Below, piece by piece: positions 60,374-64,000 of a stretch of 64,000 nt of DNA. The stretch covers positions 13,322 to 77,321 of the forward strand of contig JAYZQJ010000019.1 of the NCBI GenBank assembly GCA_036149055.1, given 5' to 3'. Positions within the stretch are counted from its first letter, which is position 1; every line of letters begins with the position of its first letter. The stretch is from Myxococcota bacterium (GTDB lineage Bacteria; Myxococcota_A; Polyangia; Polyangiales; Sandaracinaceae). The notes below the pieces were generated by a model. The model was given only the letters and a program-made list of their open reading frames with translations, did not search any database and was not told the origin of the DNA. The position numbers and the translations under genes were made by a program.

Positions 60374-61347
60374 TCTTCCTGCACGAGATCCCGCACCACG
60401 ACGCGCGGGCGCTCCTCGAGAGCGGCGCGCCGGTCTACCTCGGCTTCAACCCCATCGAGTACCACGGGCCTCACCTGCCCCTCGCGTGCGACCGGCTGAT
60501 CGGCGACGGGATCCTGCGCCTGTTCACCGAGCGCATGGCCGCGCGCTTCCCGGAGTGGCCGGTGCTGGTGGCGCGCTCGATCGACGTCGGGGTGGAGCCG
60601 ACCAGCGGCTTCGGCTCGGCCAAGCCGGGCTACCGGGACGTGCGGCGCGTGGTGCGCGAGAGCTGCCGAGCCCTGATGGAGCTCGGCGCGAAGCGGATCG
60701 TGCTCCACACCTTCCACGGCTCGGGCCTCCACAACCTGGCCCTGGAGTCGGGCGTCCGCCTGGTGCGCGAGGAGGGCGGCCAGGCGCTCGCGCCGTTCCA
60801 CGCGGTGCTGAACGAGATGATGGACCTCGACGCCGAGCGCTACGCCCCGGCCTTCGCCCACATCGAGGATCCGGACGAGCGCGCGGCGATGATCGCGGGC
60901 CTCCACATGGACTTCCACGCCGGCTTCTTCGAGACCTCGCTGGCGATGCGGTTCGCGGCCGACGCGGTGCACGCCCGTCACGTGGAGCTCGCGCCCTGCC
61001 CCCGCTTCGAGCGCGACGGAGCCCTGGCCTTCCTCTCGAGCCTCACCGACGCGCTCGGGCACCGGAAGGCCGCGGCCGAGATGTCCTTCGCGGCCGACGC
61101 GCGCGGCTGGTATGCGCTGCGGCCCTTCCCCGGCTACACCGGCCGGCCCCATCACGCGCGGGCCGAGTCCGGGGCCTTCTTCGCCGAGAAGATCGTCGAG
61201 CGGTACGAGGAGGCGGCGGCCCTGGTGTTCGAGCGCGATCAGGATCCGCCGCCCGCGGTGATGCAGTGGCTGGCGCCGATGACCGGCTGGGGGAGCCTCG
61301 AGGCGACCCGGGTCGACGTGCGGCACATCACGCACGACTTCGGATAA
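60370..61347 (+). CDS. Creatininase (creatinine amidohydrolase) family protein
   Basis: ATGA overlap; IEYHGPHLPLACD, FHGSG..N, HAGFFETS. Confidence 0.82.
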   Translation: MIFLHEIPHHDARALLESGAPVYLGFNPIEYHGPHLPLACDRLIGDGILRLFTERMAARFPEWPVLVARSIDVGVEPTSGFGSAKPGYRDVRRVVRESCRALMELGAKRIVLHTFHGSGLHNLALESGVRLVREEGGQALAPFHAVLNEMMDLDAERYAPAFAHIEDPDERAAMIAGLHMDFHAGFFETSLAMRFAADAVHARHVELAPCPRFERDGALAFLSSLTDALGHRKAAAEMSFAADARGWYALRPFPGYTGRPHHARAESGAFFAEKIVERYEEAAALVFERDQDPPPAVMQWLAPMTGWGSLEATRVDVRHITHDFG

Positions 61348-61406
61348 GACGACTGAAAGTCGCGCGGCGCTGGACCTCCGGAGCGCGGCTCGGCATCGTT
61401 TCGCCC

Positions 61407-63416
61407 ATGATGCGTCGCCCGAGCCTCTTCCTCGCCTGCTTGCTCTGCCTGACCGCCTGTGACGACGGCGAGGCCCCGCCGCCCGACAGCGGCGTCACGC
61501 CCCCGCCCGACTCGGGGCAGATGATGATGATGGAGGACGATCCGCTCCGCGCGGACTGCGATCCCGTCGTGCCCGAGCTGTGCGCGATGCCGTTCCCCTC
61601 GGACTACTGGCTGACGGACGACTCCAGCACCCCGAGCGGCCACCGCCTGAACCTCGGACCGACCACGCTCCCGCGCTCCAAGGTGCGCCGCCGCCAGCAC
61701 GTCGACCCGACGCCGATCAACGGCCGCGACGGCTGGTCGGTCAACGGGACGCTCCTCGCCTACCTCCCCGGCGCGACCGCGACCGGGCTGCCGGGCATCG
61801 CGAGCATCGGTGACTCGGTCGAGACCACCTCGCCGACCATCCTGATGAACGCCGAGACCGGAGAGCTCGTGCCGCACTGGTCGGAGATCGACGAGGCGGT
61901 CGCGGACGACTCCACGCCGCGGACCTTCTTCATCCGCCCGGTGGTGCAGCTCCAGCACGGCACCCGCTACCTGGTCGCCATCCGCAACGTGGTGGACGCG
62001 AGCGGCGCCGCGATCGCGCCGAGCGAGACCTTCCTCGCCCTGCGCGACGGGACGACCACCGAGATCGCGACCCTCGAGGCGCGGCGCGATCACTTCGAGG
62101 AGATCTTCACCACGCTCGGCGAGCACGGCGTGACCCGCGACGACCTCCAGCTCGCCTGGGACTTCACCACCGTCAGCCTCGAGGACGACACCCGGTGGAT
62201 GCTCTCGGTGCGGGACCAGGCGCTCGCGGTGGTGGGCGCGGATGGCCCGGAGTTCACCCTCGACGAGGAGATGTCGCGCACGTACACGGAGGAGGAGAAC
62301 GCGAACATCCGGCGCCGCCTCTACGGCACCATTCGCGTCCCCCTCTACATGACCGACGAGAACGCGGGCTCGCGCCTGAACCTCGGCGCCGACGGCATGC
62401 CCGAGCAGAACGGCTTCGCCGAGTACGGGATCGTCATCAACATCCCGCGCAGCGCCACCCCGGACAACCCGGTCCACCCCATCCAGTACGGCCACGGTCT
62501 GCTCGGTGACTTCACCCAGGCCAACGCCGGGTGGCTCGCCGAGTTCGGCAACACCAACGGCTACATGCCCTTCGGCGTGAGCTGGCTCGGCATGGCGGGC
62601 GACGACGTGGCGCCCCTGACGGTGGCCCTCGCGAACGGCACCCTGCAGGACTTCGCCACCATCCCGGAGCGCCTGCACCAGGGCATCGTCAACGCGCTGC
62701 TCGCCATGCGCATGATGCTGGGCCGCATGGCGACCCACCCCGAGATGATGATGGACGACGGCACCGGGACGATGCGGTCCATCCTCGACACCAGCGCCGG
62801 CTACTACACCGGGGACTCGCAGGGCGGCATCTTCGGCGGCACCTACATGGCGATCACCACCGACGTCGAGCGCGGCATCCTCGGCGTGCCCGGCGCGCCG
62901 TATCACCTGTTGCTCAACCGCAGCGTCGACTTCGATCCCTACCTCTCGCTGCTCCGTCAGAGCTTCGAGGACGGCCCCCAGATCCAGCTCGCCATCGCGA
63001 CCCTGCAGCAGCTCTGGGACCGCGCCGAGCCCGGCTCCTACGTCGCCCACATCGAGAACGATCCCCTCCCCGACACCCCGAGCCACCGCGTGATCCTCCA
63101 GGTGGCCCTCGGCGACCACCAGGTGACCCCGCTCGGCGCCCACATCATGGCCCGCAACATCGGCGCGGTGACCATCGAGCCGGAGACCCGATCCATCTGG
63201 GGCATCGAGCAGGTGGCGGGCCCGCACCCGGGCAGCGCGATCGTGGAGTGGGACTTCGGCCTCCCGCCCGAGACGGCGACGAACGTGCCTCAGCGCGAGG
63301 GCAGCGACCCCCACGGGGACGTCCGCCGCAACCCGGCCGCGCTCGCGCAGTCGCTCCACTTCTTCCAGACCGGCGAGGTGATCCACACCTGCGACGGCGT
63401 CTGCGATCCCGATTGA
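61407..63416 (+). CDS. Lipoprotein with Ig-like N-domain and alpha/beta-hydrolase (lipase-like) domain
   Basis: Lipobox LTAC; PFPSD, YGHGLLG, GDSQGG nucleophile elbow, GDHQV, DPHG. Confidence 0.8.
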   Translation: MMRRPSLFLACLLCLTACDDGEAPPPDSGVTPPPDSGQMMMMEDDPLRADCDPVVPELCAMPFPSDYWLTDDSSTPSGHRLNLGPTTLPRSKVRRRQHVDPTPINGRDGWSVNGTLLAYLPGATATGLPGIASIGDSVETTSPTILMNAETGELVPHWSEIDEAVADDSTPRTFFIRPVVQLQHGTRYLVAIRNVVDASGAAIAPSETFLALRDGTTTEIATLEARRDHFEEIFTTLGEHGVTRDDLQLAWDFTTVSLEDDTRWMLSVRDQALAVVGADGPEFTLDEEMSRTYTEEENANIRRRLYGTIRVPLYMTDENAGSRLNLGADGMPEQNGFAEYGIVINIPRSATPDNPVHPIQYGHGLLGDFTQANAGWLAEFGNTNGYMPFGVSWLGMAGDDVAPLTVALANGTLQDFATIPERLHQGIVNALLAMRMMLGRMATHPEMMMDDGTGTMRSILDTSAGYYTGDSQGGIFGGTYMAITTDVERGILGVPGAPYHLLLNRSVDFDPYLSLLRQSFEDGPQIQLAIATLQQLWDRAEPGSYVAHIENDPLPDTPSHRVILQVALGDHQVTPLGAHIMARNIGAVTIEPETRSIWGIEQVAGPHPGSAIVEWDFGLPPETATNVPQREGSDPHGDVRRNPAALAQSLHFFQTGEVIHTCDGVCDPD

Positions 63417-63447
63417 GTGGAGCCCGGGACACGGGTAGGCTGACGCC

Positions 63448-63651
63448 GTGAAGCTCGAAGGCGACGAAGAGGGGATCGCCGTCCTGAAGGCGATGCACGC
63501 CCAGGACAAGACCTACCTGAAGTTCCTGGTGGGCGAGGCGAAGACGAACACGGACCTGCGCGCCCCATTCAAGGCGGAGGACGGCCGCGCCTTCCTCCTC
63601 CGGGTCGACCCCAAGACGGGCAACCTCGTCGTCGAGAAGAAGCCCACCTAG
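63448..63651 (+). CDS. Small hypothetical protein
   Basis: 67 aa, GC3-biased codons, TAGGCT 6 nt upstream. Confidence 0.65.
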   Translation: MKLEGDEEGIAVLKAMHAQDKTYLKFLVGEAKTNTDLRAPFKAEDGRAFLLRVDPKTGNLVVEKKPT

Positions 63652-63656
63652 CCTCC

Positions 63657-64000
63657 CTTCGGGGGCTTCGTAGTCGCTCTCGCCAAGGCGCATCTCGCCA
63701 AGGCGCAGAGCCGCAATGAGCCGGGCACGGCCGCGCGATGGACCCTCGCCGCCCGCCCTCCCGTGTCGCCCTCCGCTCGACCCCTGCCTCGTCTCGGGGG
63801 CTTCGAGGGCCTCGAAATTGTCTCTCGCAGAGGCGCAGAGACGCAGAGATCGACACTGGCCGCGGGATGGACGCTCGCCGCCCGCTCGCTCGCCCCGCCA
63901 TCGACTCCACCCACGCCCGGTCGGGCGGACTTCGGGGCTTCGAAGTGGCTCTCGCCAAGGCGCAAAGCCGCAAAGAGCCGGGCACGGCCGCGCGATGGAC
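63657..64000. repeat. Degenerate tandem array, period ~135-137 bp, at least 2.5 units, truncated by the window edge
   Basis: GGGCTTCG at 63663, 63798, 63935; each unit carries CTCGC(CAAG/AGAG)GCGCA.AG.CGCA and GGCCGCG.GATGGAC. Confidence 0.85.

Noticed and set aside
63657..64000. Possible CRISPR array
   Set aside because: The period is too long, the units are degenerate, and the intervening sequences are homologous rather than unique

Overview
Very GC-rich bacterial DNA, gene-dense with about 50 real CDS. It is rich in Cys-rich and acidic lipoproteins and has two Ser/Thr kinases and a MYXO-CTERM protein, so a myxobacterium (Polyangia/Sandaracinaceae-like) is inferred. Recognisable genes: dsbD-like, lgt, nth, sppA, mutS2, a putative Na+/H+ antiporter, an L,D-transpeptidase, an ArsC/Spx protein, cpaB, a sigma-54 activator, tsaA/trmO and a creatininase-family gene. 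The standout is a translationally coupled operon of three paralogous ClpA/B-like double-AAA+ ATPases (41288-50348, minus strand). All three have a degenerate NBD1 Walker B and lack the GYVG pore loop, their N-termini look HicB-like, and two carry a C-terminal region resembling release factor RF1/RF2 without the GGQ domain. Zn-finger/Yip1-like membrane paralogues follow them. Non-coding structure includes a ~310-bp hairpin-rich element in two inverted copies (one with a 14-bp x8 expansion), a 145-bp palindrome, a ~136-bp tandem array at the right edge, and TANNNT boxes 6-7 nt before many start codons (leaderless-type promoters). No rRNA, tRNA, CRISPR array or transposase was seen. All family calls were made by eye from motifs; no database search was run.
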